The notes below the pieces were generated by a model. It saw nothing but the letters and a program-made list of their open reading frames with translations. It was not told the origin of the DNA and ran no database searches. Positions 49,629 to 59,307 of a stretch of 64,000 bases of DNA are shown piece by piece; position 1 is the first letter of the stretch; each line of letters begins with the position of its first letter. The stretch is taken from contig OY970067.1 of NCBI GenBank assembly GCA_963705305.1, positions 2,240,001-2,304,000 of the forward strand. Reading direction: 5' to 3'. Origin of the DNA: an uncultured Methylomirabilota bacterium. Lineage in GTDB: Bacteria > Methylomirabilota > Methylomirabilia > Methylomirabilales > 2-02-FULL-66-22. Position numbers and translations under genes: made by a program.

Positions 49629-49680
49629 GTCAGGGCGACTGGCGCCGAGGACCGCCCGGGCGGCAGCGGGACGGACGCGG

Positions 49681-50379
49681 TCACTCGGCGTCGTCGCGGA
49701 ACTTGTACCCCAGCCCCCGCACGGTCAGGATCAGGGTGGGCTTTCGGGGATTGTCCTCGACCTTTTCACGGAGGCGTCGGATGTGAACGTCCACCGTGCG
49801 AGGCTCGACAAACCGATCCTGTCCCCACACCTGGTCCAAGAGCTGGGTCCGGCTATATACGCGGCCGCGATGGCGGAGAAAGAACTCCAGGAGGCGAAAT
49901 TCCATGGCCGAGAGGGAGACCGGTCGCTCGCGTTTGGTCGCTTCGTGCCGGAGGGGGTCCAGACGGAGTCCGGCCGCAGCCACGGGGCTCTCGCTGGCCG
50001 CGGCGGGCGGGGTCATGCGGCGGAGGACCGCCTTGACCCGGGCCACCAGCTCGCGCGGGCTGAAAGGCTTGGGGACGTAGTCGTCCGCGCCGATCTCGAG
50101 CCCGATGATCCGGTCGACCTCCTCGGCCTTGGCCGTCAACATGATGATGGGGATGTTCTGCGTGGCCGCGTTTCCCCGAAGCCGGCGGCAAACTTCCAGG
50201 CCGTCCAGTCCGGGCAGCATGAGATCGAGAATGACCAGGGATGGGTGGTCCCGGGCAATGAGATCGAGCGCCTGCTTGCCATCCTCGACGACGCGGGCGC
50301 TGAGCCCCGCCTTCTCGAGGTGGAATTTGACCAGGTCCGCGATGTCCCGCTCGTCCTCGATGACTAGGATCGTTTCCAT
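49681..50379 (-). CDS. phoB: Phosphate regulon response regulator (PhoB/PhoP, OmpR family)
   Basis: Receiver plus wHTH; GADDYVPKPFSPREL, RTVDVHIRRLR, TVRGLGY; adjacent to phoR and pst. Confidence 0.92.
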   Translation of the reverse strand: METILVIEDERDIADLVKFHLEKAGLSARVVEDGKQALDLIARDHPSLVILDLMLPGLDGLEVCRRLRGNAATQNIPIIMLTAKAEEVDRIIGLEIGADDYVPKPFSPRELVARVKAVLRRMTPPAAASESPVAAAGLRLDPLRHEATKRERPVSLSAMEFRLLEFFLRHRGRVYSRTQLLDQVWGQDRFVEPRTVDVHIRRLREKVEDNPRKPTLILTVRGLGYKFRDDAE

Positions 50380-50473
50380 GCGCAGCCTCTCGTTCCGCCG
50401 CGGGCGCAATACCCGCCATGATAGGCAGTTCCGGACACCCGGGGCAAGCGGTTTCCGTGTCGGGCGGTCTGAT

Positions 50474-50502
50474 ATCACAGGCATATTACAAGTTGATGAC
50501 AG
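50474..50502 (-). promoter_or_regulatory. Pho-box-like array upstream of phoB (probable autoregulation)
   Basis: Minus strand CTGTCAT-N5-TGTAAT-N5-TGTGAT. Confidence 0.72.
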
Positions 50503-50519
50503 GCCCGCCGGGAAGAATC

Positions 50520-50821
50520 TTTGGAGGGCTGGGAACGGCCGGGCCAAGGTCCTGGAGATGATCGAGGAGCTGGGGTTGCTGCGAAAGGCGGCCGGCTGGC
50601 TCGGCATGTCGTACCGGTATACCTGGGGTTATCCTCGGGAGCTTGAGGAGGATGCGGGCTTTCGGATCCCGGCGCGGCAGACAGGCGGTGGACCCCCGAG
50701 CGGCATGCGAATCACGCCAAGGGTGTGGGAGTTTTTGAATCGGTACTGGCTCTTGCACCGGAGGGTCGATTCGGAAGTCGGCCAGCAGTTTGCCCGCGTC
50801 TTCCGCGAGCAGGGATCGTGA
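50520..50821 (+). pseudogene. Decayed ModE-family winged-helix regulator
   Basis: GRAKVLEMIEELGLLRKAAGWLGMSYRYTWG...RQTGGG...GMRIT matches the ModE HTH; no suitable start or RBS. Confidence 0.7.
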
Positions 50822-50841
50822 GCCAGTGTTTTTTCGCGGGC

Positions 50842-50870
50842 TTGACTATGCTAGGATAAGCATATAAGTA
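50842..50870 (+). promoter_or_regulatory. tupA promoter with a ModE-box-like palindrome
   Basis: TTGACT -35 overlapped by TATGCT-N6-AGCATA (TAT-N12-ATA spacing). Confidence 0.55.
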
Positions 50871-50978
50871 TATGCGACCATCCCCGATCGCCCGCGGACT
50901 GTGGGATGGGCAGACCGGATGGCGCTGGATTCCATGCATACCCGAGGCTCTGTTTCCACACATCCAAAGGAGGACTCG

Positions 50979-51848
50979 ATGACACGGAAATCCTTTTTGC
51001 AGTCTTGGAGGTCTGCCTGGGCGGTGATCGGCCTCGCCCTGTTGCTCGCAGGCTTCGGCATGTCCGGCCCGGCCTCGGCCGGTCAGGCCGTCATCCTGTC
51101 CACGACGACCAGCACGCAAGACTCGGGCCTGCTGGACGTTCTGGTGCCCATGTTCGAGAAGCAGACCGGGTACACGGTGAAGACCATTGCGGTGGGCACG
51201 GGGAACGCCCTGGCCCTGGCCGCCAAAGGCGAGGCGGATGTGTGCCTGGTTCATGCCCCGGCCGTGGAAAAGAAATATGTGGCTGACGGCCTGCTTCTCA
51301 ACCGGCGGCTGGTCATGCACAACGACTTCCTGATCGTGGGGCCGGCCGCCGATCCGGCCAAGATCAAGGGGCTGAAGAGCGCGGCGGAGGCGATGAAGAG
51401 GATTGACGAGGCCAAGGCCACGTTCGTCTCGCGGGGGGACAACTCCGGCACGCACTCGCGGGAGAAGGAGCTCTGGAAGGCGGCGGGGGTGAGTCCATCC
51501 GGCGGCTGGTATCTCCAATCGGGGCAAGGCATGGGGGCCACACTGGTGATCGCCTCTGAGAAACGGGCCTACACCCTGTCGGATCGGGCAACATACCTGG
51601 CCTTTCAGAAGCGCGTAGAGCTGGCACCAATGGTGGAGGGGGACAAGATCCTCCTCAACATCTACTCGGTCATGCTGCCGAATGCCCAAAAATTCCCGCG
51701 GGTCAATGTGGCGGGCGGGGAAGCGTTCGCCGATTTCATGCTGGCGAAGAAGACCCAGGAAGTCATCCGGACCTTCGGCGTGGACAAGTACGGGCAGTCG
51801 CTGTTCTTCCCCGACGCGGGCAAGCAGGAAGAGGGCCTGGGGGAATGA
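50979..51848 (+). CDS. tupA: Tungstate ABC substrate-binding protein
   Basis: TTTSTQDSGLL signature, AVGTG, SRGDNSGTH, SGQGMGATL. Confidence 0.93.
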   Translation: MTRKSFLQSWRSAWAVIGLALLLAGFGMSGPASAGQAVILSTTTSTQDSGLLDVLVPMFEKQTGYTVKTIAVGTGNALALAAKGEADVCLVHAPAVEKKYVADGLLLNRRLVMHNDFLIVGPAADPAKIKGLKSAAEAMKRIDEAKATFVSRGDNSGTHSREKELWKAAGVSPSGGWYLQSGQGMGATLVIASEKRAYTLSDRATYLAFQKRVELAPMVEGDKILLNIYSVMLPNAQKFPRVNVAGGEAFADFMLAKKTQEVIRTFGVDKYGQSLFFPDAGKQEEGLGE

Positions 51849-51854
51849 CCGCGT

Positions 51855-51963
51855 TGACAATGCAAGGCCGACAACCGACAATGCAGAACCGGCGAGGCAA
51901 AATCGACGGCGGGGACGACATGGATGAGCCATTGGCCGGTGGTCGGTTGTCGGTTTTCTATTG
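51855..51963. repeat. Degenerate heptamer-repeat hairpin
   Basis: CCGACAACCGACAATG...CATTGGCCGGTGGTCGGTTGTCGG. Confidence 0.65.
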
Positions 51964-51984
51964 AAGATTTCCTCTGGGGTGTAG

Positions 51985-52683
51985 ATGGAGCTGATCTGGC
52001 AGGGGCTAGTCCAGGCGGCCCGGCTGCTCCTGGCGGGTGATCCCGAGGTCCTGCAGATCACCTGGCTGTCCTTGAAGGTGTCGGGAGGGGCCACGCTCCT
52101 GAGCCTGCTGGCGGGCATTCCGGCGGGCGTGGCCCTGGGGCTGGCGCGATTTCCGGGACGGCGCCTCTGTCTGGCGCTGGTTAATACGGGCATGGGCCTT
52201 CCCCCCGTGGTGGTCGGCCTGTTCGTCAGCATTTTCCTGTGGCGAAGCGGCCCGCTGGGGTTCTTGGAGCTGCTCTACACTCCGACCGCCATCGTCATCG
52301 CCCAGTTCATCATCGCCGCCCCCATCGTGACCGGCCTCACCGTGGCGGCCATGCAGCAGCTCAACCCACGGCTGCGTCTCCAGCTCCTGGCCCTGGGCGC
52401 CTCGCGCTGGCAGCTCTTGTGGCTGCTGGTGCGCGAGGCGCGCCTGCCCCTCCTGGCTGCGGTGATGGCCGGATTCGGCGGGGTGATCTCCGAGGTGGGG
52501 GCCTCCATGATGGTGGGCGGAAACCTGCTGGGCCAGACGCGGGTCCTGACGACCGCCACCGTCCTGGAGACGGGCAAGGGCAATTTCGATCTGGCCATTG
52601 CCCTGAGCCTGGTCCTCCTCTTGCTGGCCTTCGCGGTCAATTACCTCCTCACCTGGATCCAGCAGCGCGGGCGGGCCCGGTGA
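51985..52683 (+). CDS. tupB: Tungstate ABC permease
   Basis: MGLPPVVVGL, RSGPLG, ISEVGASMMVGGN, TRVLTTA. Confidence 0.92.
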   Translation: MELIWQGLVQAARLLLAGDPEVLQITWLSLKVSGGATLLSLLAGIPAGVALGLARFPGRRLCLALVNTGMGLPPVVVGLFVSIFLWRSGPLGFLELLYTPTAIVIAQFIIAAPIVTGLTVAAMQQLNPRLRLQLLALGASRWQLLWLLVREARLPLLAAVMAGFGGVISEVGASMMVGGNLLGQTRVLTTATVLETGKGNFDLAIALSLVLLLLAFAVNYLLTWIQQRGRAR

Positions 52684-53771
52684 GCATGGTCATCCTGGAG
52701 GGGAAGGATCTCACCGTATCCTACGGCAGCCGTCCGGTCCTGGACGTGCCGGGGATCGAGGTCCGCGAGGGGGAGATCCTGGCGGTCATGGGCCCCAACG
52801 GGGGAGGCAAGTCCACGCTCTTGCGCATCCTCGGATTGCTGGAGCGGCCTACCGGCGGCACGGTCCGCTTCCGGGGAGCGCCGGCCCCGGGATCGAGCCG
52901 GGCCCTCCTGGCGATCCGGCGGCGCTTCGCGTCGGTCTTTCAGGAGCCTCTTCTATGCGATACGACGGTCCGGGGCAACGTGGCGCTGGGCCTCCGGCTG
53001 CGGCACTTGCGCCGTCTGGAGGCCGCGAAGGCGCTGGACGCCTGGTTGTCCCGATTGGGAATCGCCCACCTGGCTAACCGGCCGGCACGGACGCTTTCTG
53101 GCGGCGAGGCGCAGCGCACCAGCCTGGCCCGGGCCTTCGCCCTCCAACCGGACGTCCTGTTCCTGGATGAGCCGTTCTCGGCCCTCGATCCTCCCACGCG
53201 GGACGAGCTGCTGACGCTGCTCCAGGACCTCTTGCGCCAGGAACGGTGCACCACCATCTTCGTGACCCACGATCGGGAGGAGGCCCTCCGGCTGGGGGAT
53301 CGCATCGCTGTCATGATGGACGGACGGCTCTGCCAGACGGGCGCCCCCGCCGAGGTCTTCGGGCATCCGAACTCCGAGGCGGTGGCCCGCTTCGTCGGTG
53401 TGGAGACCGTCCTGCCTGGTCGGGTTGTGGAGGAGCACGAGGGGCTCTTGACGGTCGGGGTGGATGGGGCCAGGATTCAGGCGCTGGGGCAGGCCTCTGT
53501 GGGCAGGTCGATGCTGGTGTGTCTCCGTCCCGAGGATGTCGTCATCCGCCCCCCGGATGCGCCCCTGGGGATCGAGAGCGCCCGCAATCGCCTGGAAGGT
53601 CAGGTCGTGGAGGTCACCCGGCTGGCGGCGCAGTATCGGGTGGAGGTAGCCTGCGGACCGCGCGTGGTGGCGCTGGTGACCAAGCAGTCCTTTCACGATC
53701 TGAATTTGGCGATGGGAAGCCGGGTAATCGTCAGCTTCAAGGCCTCTGCAGTGCACCTCATCCCGCGCTGA
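52680..53771 (+). CDS. tupC: Tungstate ABC ATP-binding protein with TOBE domains
   Basis: GPNGGGKST, LSGGEAQR, LDEPFSALD; C-terminal SARNRLEG...FKASAV. Confidence 0.9.
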   Translation: MSMVILEGKDLTVSYGSRPVLDVPGIEVREGEILAVMGPNGGGKSTLLRILGLLERPTGGTVRFRGAPAPGSSRALLAIRRRFASVFQEPLLCDTTVRGNVALGLRLRHLRRLEAAKALDAWLSRLGIAHLANRPARTLSGGEAQRTSLARAFALQPDVLFLDEPFSALDPPTRDELLTLLQDLLRQERCTTIFVTHDREEALRLGDRIAVMMDGRLCQTGAPAEVFGHPNSEAVARFVGVETVLPGRVVEEHEGLLTVGVDGARIQALGQASVGRSMLVCLRPEDVVIRPPDAPLGIESARNRLEGQVVEVTRLAAQYRVEVACGPRVVALVTKQSFHDLNLAMGSRVIVSFKASAVHLIPR

Positions 53772-53949
53772 TTCCCCCCGTGGGCGATTCGCCCCACCAG
53801 CGGATGCGCCGGCCGGTCTGACTTGTGAAACGACCCTTGACAGTGCATACTTTGGACTGATCCTTCGCGTACTAAGGCCCTTCTGCCGGCTCGGCCGCCT
53901 GGCGGGGGAGCCGACGGCGCCTCCGGACAACACAACGGGAGGAACTCCT

Positions 53950-54162
53950 ATGAAAATCAGCGCACGCAATACCTTGAAGGGCAAGATCAAGCACATCGAT
54001 ATGGGCGCGGTCAACGCCGAGATCACCGTCGAGCTGCCGGGAGGGGCCCAGATCGTCTCCATCATCACCAAGAAGTCGGTGAACGACTTGGCCCTGGCGG
54101 TCGGGAAGGACGTCTACGCCGTCATCAAGGCGTCCAATGTCATGATCGGCGTGGATCACTGA
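53950..54162 (+). CDS. mop: Molybdenum-pterin-binding protein (molbindin, TOBE)
   Basis: MKISARNTLKG...SIITKKS...AVIKASNV. Confidence 0.92.
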   Translation: MKISARNTLKGKIKHIDMGAVNAEITVELPGGAQIVSIITKKSVNDLALAVGKDVYAVIKASNVMIGVDH

Positions 54163-54205
54163 TGCGGGGGGGACCGGAAGAGGAAAGCTGCCTGATCTGA
54201 GAGGA

Positions 54206-55309
54206 ATGGAGCCGATGATCACAGAGAAGGCCGTGCTGCAGGCCTTGTCCACCGTCAAGGACCCGGAACTCCACCGGGATCTGGTGACGCTGGGCATGAT
54301 CCGCAACGTGAAAATCGAGGGGGACGACATAACTTTCGAGGTAGTGCTGACGACGCCGGCATGTCCCCTCAAAGCCCAGATCGAGCGGGAATGCCGCGAC
54401 GCGCTGGCCGGGATTCCGGGCATCGGTCGGGTGACCGTCCGGTGGGGCTCGAACGTGGCCGCCTCCCGTCGCATGGCCGAGCCGGGGGGCATTCCGGGCA
54501 TCAAGAACATCCTTGCAGTGGCCTCCGGGAAAGGGGGTGTCGGCAAGTCCACCGTGAGCGTCAACCTGGCGGTCGCGCTGGCCGAGAGTGGCGCAGCCGT
54601 CGGGCTCCTGGATGCGGATATTTACGGCCCGAGTATTCCCCAGATGATGGGGATCCGGCACAAGCCGGATATTGACGCCCAGCAGCGGATGATCCCGCCG
54701 GAGGCGCATGGGGTGAAGATCATGTCCCTGGGCTTTCTCCTGCCCGATGACTCTTCTCCCGTGATCTGGCGGGGCCCCATGGTGACCAAGGCCTTGACAC
54801 AGTTTCTGCGGGGCGTGGCCTGGGGCGAGCTGGACTACCTGCTGATCGACCTGCCCCCGGGGACGGGCGATGCGCAGCTGACCCTGTCGCAGGGCCTGGC
54901 CATGTCCGGCGTGGTCATCGTCACCACGCCGCAGGACCTCGCCATGACCATCGCCAGCCGGGTGCTCCTGATGTTTCGGAAGATGCAGGTGCCGATCCTG
55001 GGGATCGTGGAGAACATGAGCACGTTCGTCTGTCCCGCCTGCCATCGCGAGACGCCGATCTTCAGCCAGGGCGGCGGCCGCAAAGCCAGCGAAGAGCTGG
55101 AGACCCCGTTCCTGGGGGGGATTCCCCTGGACGGCGAAGTGTGCGAAGGCGGGGACGACGGCAGGCCGATTCTGCTGCGGAACCCGAGCTCCCCCGTGGC
55201 CGAGGTCTTCCGCGAGGTGGCCCGAAACCTGGCGGGGCGGGTGAGCGTCGAGGCGCTCACGGGGCACGGGAAGTTCGGCCCATCTTTGCCGCTGGTGACG
55301 GGCGGGTAG
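54206..55309 (+). CDS. Mrp/ApbC (NBP35) Fe-S cluster carrier ATPase
   Basis: TTPACP, SGKGGVGKST, DADIYGPS, DLPPGTGD, ENMS..CPAC. Confidence 0.94.
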   Translation: MEPMITEKAVLQALSTVKDPELHRDLVTLGMIRNVKIEGDDITFEVVLTTPACPLKAQIERECRDALAGIPGIGRVTVRWGSNVAASRRMAEPGGIPGIKNILAVASGKGGVGKSTVSVNLAVALAESGAAVGLLDADIYGPSIPQMMGIRHKPDIDAQQRMIPPEAHGVKIMSLGFLLPDDSSPVIWRGPMVTKALTQFLRGVAWGELDYLLIDLPPGTGDAQLTLSQGLAMSGVVIVTTPQDLAMTIASRVLLMFRKMQVPILGIVENMSTFVCPACHRETPIFSQGGGRKASEELETPFLGGIPLDGEVCEGGDDGRPILLRNPSSPVAEVFREVARNLAGRVSVEALTGHGKFGPSLPLVTGG

Positions 55310-55395
55310 CGCCGCCTGCGGGGCCGGCACGCCTTCGGCGTCCCGGGGCCTGCCGCCGGTTCGCGGCCCGCACGGGATGCGGTCGCCAAAGCCCT

Positions 55396-55423
55396 TTGCA
55401 TGGCGGGCGTTATTGGCTATACT
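55396..55423 (+). promoter_or_regulatory. Putative sigma70 promoter of pdhABC
   Basis: TTGCAT-N16-TATACT. Confidence 0.5.
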
Positions 55424-55483
55424 GCGCTCCAACGTCCCGGCCCGATTCCAGCCCTACCTATTCCCGGTCCAGAGGAGCCAGTC

Positions 55484-56506
55484 ATGGCCAGACGTTCCGG
55501 CAAAGCGGCCGCCGAATCGATCCCGGAGGTTGCGAGGACACCGTCGATGGACAAGAAAGTACTGGTGGATCTTCTCTATCAGATGCTCCTCGTTCGACGC
55601 TTCGAGGAGAAGGCCGCCGAGGCGTACTCGCAGGGAAAGATCGGGGGGTTCCTCCACCTGGATGTCGGGATGGAGGCGTCCTGCGTCGGGGCCATCTCGG
55701 TGCTCCGACCGGATGATTATGTCATCGCGGGCTATCGGGAGCACGGCCACTGCCTGGCCAAGGGCGCCGATCCCCGCCGTGCCATGGCCGAGCTGTTCGG
55801 CCGGGTGGACGGGCTGAGCAAGGGGAAGGGCGGGTCCATGCACTTCTTCTCCAAGGAGCACAACTTCCTGGGCGGGACCGGGATCGTGGGCGGCCAGCTG
55901 CCGATCGGCACGGGCGTGGGCCTGGCAATCAACTACCAGGGAGGCGACCAGGTGTGCCTGGTCTTCTTCGGGGACGGCTCGGTGGCCCAGGGGGTCTTCC
56001 ATGAGTCCCTCAACCTGGCCTCCCTCTGGAAGCTGCCGGTCATCTACATCTGCGAGAACAACCTGTACGCCATGGGGACGGCCCTGAAGCGGACGCAGGC
56101 GATGACGGATCTGTACAAGAAGGCGGAGGCATACGCCATGCCGGGGGAGCAGGTCAACGGGATGGACGTGCTGGCCGTGCGCGAGGCGGTGGGCCGCGCC
56201 GTCGAGCGGGCGCGTCGCGAGCACACCCCCTCCCTCATCGAGACCAGGACCTATCGCTTTCGCGGCCACTCCGCGCGGGATCCGGCGGCGGCGATCTATC
56301 GAACCCGGGAGGAAGTGGACGAGTGGCGGAAGTCGGATCCGATCGTCCATCTCTGGGATCAGCTGAGCCGGGAAGGGATCATCAGCGACGCCGAGTACAA
56401 GGCGATGGACCAAGAGATCAACCAGGTGATCGAGGAGGCGGTGGCCTTTGCCGAGGCCTCGCCGGAGCCCCCGCTGGAAGAGCTTCTCACGGATGTGTAT
56501 GTGTGA
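55484..56506 (+). CDS. pdhA: Pyruvate dehydrogenase E1 alpha
   Basis: KIGGFLHL, GKGGSMH, GDG...ENN TPP motif, TYRFRGHS. Confidence 0.94.
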   Translation: MARRSGKAAAESIPEVARTPSMDKKVLVDLLYQMLLVRRFEEKAAEAYSQGKIGGFLHLDVGMEASCVGAISVLRPDDYVIAGYREHGHCLAKGADPRRAMAELFGRVDGLSKGKGGSMHFFSKEHNFLGGTGIVGGQLPIGTGVGLAINYQGGDQVCLVFFGDGSVAQGVFHESLNLASLWKLPVIYICENNLYAMGTALKRTQAMTDLYKKAEAYAMPGEQVNGMDVLAVREAVGRAVERARREHTPSLIETRTYRFRGHSARDPAAAIYRTREEVDEWRKSDPIVHLWDQLSREGIISDAEYKAMDQEINQVIEEAVAFAEASPEPPLEELLTDVYV

Positions 56507-56601
56507 GAGCGCGGCGCACAGCGCCCAGGGCATGGTGTGGGAAGCAGGGAACGGCCTGCGCTGAGCGCTATGCTCCATGCGCGACCAAGGCGGAGCCTGA
56601 C

Positions 56602-57579
56602 ATGGCCATCATCACGTATCGCGAGGCGTTGAACCAGGCCCTGCGGGAAGAGATGCGGCGGGATCCCCGGGTCTTCCTGATGGGGGAAGAGGTCGGGGTG
56701 TACCAGGGCGCCTACAAGGTCAGCCAGGGTCTGCTGGAGGAGTTCGGGGCGCGGCGGGTGATCGACACGCCGATCAGCGAGGCCGGCTTCGTGGGCGCGG
56801 GGATCGGCGCCGCCATGGTGGGCCTGCGGCCGGTGGTGGAGATGATGACCTTCAACTTCGCCATCGTGGCACTGGACCAGATCGTGAACCACGCCGCCAA
56901 GATCCTCTACATGTCGGGCGGTCAGTTCCGGGTTCCCATGGTCATCCGCGGTCCAGGAGGGCCCGCCGCCCAGCTCGCCGCCCAGCACTCGCAGAGCATG
57001 GAGGCCTATTTCTACCACGTGCCGGGCCTCAAGGTGGTCCGGCCCTCCACCCCCCGCGATGCCAAGGGCTTGCTGAAGAGCGCCATCCGCGACGAGAATC
57101 CCGTCATCTTCATCGAAGCCGAGACGCTCTACGGGGTCAAGGGCGAGGTGCCGGAGGAGGAGTACACCATCCCGCTGGGGGTGGCCGAGGTCAAGTGCGA
57201 GGGGGCGGACGTGACGGTCGTCGCCTATATGGGGATGCTCTACCAGGCGCTGGAGGCGGCCGAGGAGCTGGCCAAAGAGGGGATCTCGGTCGAGGTGGTG
57301 GATCCCCGCACATTCCGGCCCATGGACAAGACCACCCTCATTGAATCGGTGAAGAAGACCCATCACGCGGTGGTCGCCGAGGCCGGGGCCGGCTTCGCCG
57401 GCTTGGGGGCGGAGATTGCGACCATCCTCACCGAGGAGGCCTTCGACTACCTGGACTCCCAGGTGGTGCGGGTGACCGGGGCTAATGCGCCGATGCCGTA
57501 CGCCAGGAACCTGGAGCGGGCCAAGACCCCGAGCAAGAGCCACATCATCGCGGGGATCAAACAGGCCCTTGCCCTTTAG
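56602..57579 (+). CDS. pdhB: Pyruvate dehydrogenase E1 beta
   Basis: YQGAYKVS, DTPISE, EMMTFNF, AAQHSQS, PMPYA. Confidence 0.94.
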   Translation: MAIITYREALNQALREEMRRDPRVFLMGEEVGVYQGAYKVSQGLLEEFGARRVIDTPISEAGFVGAGIGAAMVGLRPVVEMMTFNFAIVALDQIVNHAAKILYMSGGQFRVPMVIRGPGGPAAQLAAQHSQSMEAYFYHVPGLKVVRPSTPRDAKGLLKSAIRDENPVIFIEAETLYGVKGEVPEEEYTIPLGVAEVKCEGADVTVVAYMGMLYQALEAAEELAKEGISVEVVDPRTFRPMDKTTLIESVKKTHHAVVAEAGAGFAGLGAEIATILTEEAFDYLDSQVVRVTGANAPMPYARNLERAKTPSKSHIIAGIKQALAL

Positions 57580-57750
57580 CAGGCTGCTGAAAAAGGCCCA
57601 TCTGCGGACACCCAGCTTTCGGCTGGGTACCCGCGCGCTCCCGCGACGCTGCGACGTACCCGTAAGTACGCCTCGCATCTCGGATCGCGCGCCGCCTTGC
57701 ATCTGGACCTTTTTGAGCAGCCTGGGCGAGATGAGTTATTCAGCATCCTG
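57580..57750. repeat. Structured ~170-bp intergenic repeat, copy 2
   Basis: CAGGCTGCTGAAAAAGG...CCTTTTTGAGCAGCCTG...TTCAGCATCCTG; matches 14632..14801. Confidence 0.88.
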
Positions 57751-57757
57751 CGAGGGT

Positions 57758-57838
57758 AACTGAAAATTTCACAATGGCAACGGACAACTGAAGACGGACA
57801 CAACGTTGACCGGTTTTCCGTTGTTTGTTGTCAGTTTT
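57758..57838. repeat. Degenerate heptamer-repeat hairpin
   Basis: AACTGAAAA...CGGACAACTGA...CCGTTGTTTGTTGTCAGTTTT. Confidence 0.55.
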
Positions 57839-57886
57839 AACTTCGCGATGTCGGTTTGAGGGCTTTCAATTCCAACGGAGCTGGCC

Positions 57887-59206
57887 ATGCCGACCAAAGT
57901 GATCATGCCGAAGCTCTCGGATGCCATGGAAGAGGGACGCATCCTGCAGTGGCTGAAGAAGGAAGGGGATCGCGTGCAGTCGGGGGATGTCCTGGCGTCC
58001 ATCGAGACCGACAAGGCCGAGATCGAGCTGGAGGCCTTCGGCTCCGGAGTCGTGCGGAAGATCCTGCTGGGGGACGGCGAGTCCGTTCCGGTGGGCAAGC
58101 TGATCGCCGTCATCGCCGAGCCGGACGAGGACATCCAGGGTCTGCTGTCCGGCGACGAGACCGCCACGCCGGCCGAGGGGCAACCCAGGGAATCCAAGCC
58201 CGCCGCCACGCCGGCCGGCGTCAAGGCGGAGGGCGCGCCCCAGGCCAAGCCCGCCCCGGCACAGGCCGAGCCCCCATCGACGCTTCCGCCGACGGAGGAA
58301 TACAAGGTCCCGACGCCGGCAGCCGTTGCGCCGCCTCAAGCCGGAGGCGGCTGGATTCCCGCGTCTCCCATCGCGCGCCGCATGGCGCGGGATGCCGGGA
58401 TCGATCTGGCCCAGGTCAAGGGAAGCGGCCCCGGCGGACGAATCCTGGAGCGGGACGTGGAGGCCGCCATCGCGACGCAGGCGCAGCATCGCGGGGGGGC
58501 GGAGGTCCCGGAGGGTGCCCGCGAGTTCGAGGACAAAGAGCTGAGCACGATCCGGCGGACTATCGCCACCCGCATGGTGCAGAGCAAAGCCCCCATCCCG
58601 CACTTCACCGTGACGGTGGAGGTGGACATGGGCGCCGCCCAGGAGCTGCGGAAGTCGCTGAACGCCATCGGCGCCGAGGCCGAGAAGCTGAGCCTCAACC
58701 ACATCATCATCAAGGCCACGGCGCTGGCCCTCACACGCCATCCGGCCGTCAACGCGGCGTATAAGGACGGGAAGGTGCGGCTGTACCGGCACGTGCACTT
58801 GGGGGTGGCCGTGTCGCTGGAAGACGGCCTCATCGTGCCCGTCATCCGCGAGTGCGATCGGAAGACCTTGGGCGAGATCGCCCGCGAGGCCAAGAGCCTG
58901 ATCGATCGCGCCCGAAGCAAGAAGCTGCGGCCGGAGGAGTATTCCGGCGGAACCTTCGCCATCTCCAACATGGGCATGTTCGAGGTGCTGGAGTTCAGCG
59001 CCGTCATCGACCCGGCCCACGGGGCCATTCTGGCGGTGGGGGCCATCGAGGACAGGCCGGCGGTGGTGAACGGTCAGATCGTCGTTCGGCCGCGGATGCG
59101 CCTCACCGGCTCGTTCGACCACCGGATCATCGACGGGGCCATGGGGGCGAAGTTCCTCCAGGGGCTGAAGCGGATCCTGGAGAACCCGGTGCAGCTGCTG
59201 CTGTGA
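57887..59206 (+). CDS. pdhC: Dihydrolipoamide acetyltransferase E2
   Basis: One lipoyl domain (ETDKA), E3-binding ASPIARR..GSGPGGRI, catalytic DHRIIDG. Confidence 0.94.
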   Translation: MPTKVIMPKLSDAMEEGRILQWLKKEGDRVQSGDVLASIETDKAEIELEAFGSGVVRKILLGDGESVPVGKLIAVIAEPDEDIQGLLSGDETATPAEGQPRESKPAATPAGVKAEGAPQAKPAPAQAEPPSTLPPTEEYKVPTPAAVAPPQAGGGWIPASPIARRMARDAGIDLAQVKGSGPGGRILERDVEAAIATQAQHRGGAEVPEGAREFEDKELSTIRRTIATRMVQSKAPIPHFTVTVEVDMGAAQELRKSLNAIGAEAEKLSLNHIIIKATALALTRHPAVNAAYKDGKVRLYRHVHLGVAVSLEDGLIVPVIRECDRKTLGEIAREAKSLIDRARSKKLRPEEYSGGTFAISNMGMFEVLEFSAVIDPAHGAILAVGAIEDRPAVVNGQIVVRPRMRLTGSFDHRIIDGAMGAKFLQGLKRILENPVQLLL

Positions 59207-59223
59207 CCCGGAGAATGCCCCGG

Positions 59224-59252
59224 ATCGGGTTCGAATCCGGTCCCCGCGGCCA
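59224..59252 (+). other. Degenerate tRNA 3'-end-like fragment (possible att scar)
   Basis: ATCGG-GTTCGAAT-CCGGT-CCCCGCG-G-CCA: T-arm, 7-nt acceptor strand, discriminator and CCA; no 5' half. Confidence 0.5.
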
Positions 59253-59268
59253 ATGTAATGTCGAAAGA

Positions 59269-59307
59269 CAAAGGCTCTGGCGAAACAAGCCGGAGTCTTT
59301 GCTTTTC
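59269..59307 (+). terminator. Intrinsic terminator-like hairpin after pdhC
   Basis: CAAAGGCTCTGGC-N7-GCCGGAGTCTTTG followed by CTTTTC. Confidence 0.65.

Noticed and set aside
59224..59252. Intact tRNA gene
   Set aside because: No D-arm, anticodon arm or matching 5' acceptor strand; upstream sequence is pdhC.
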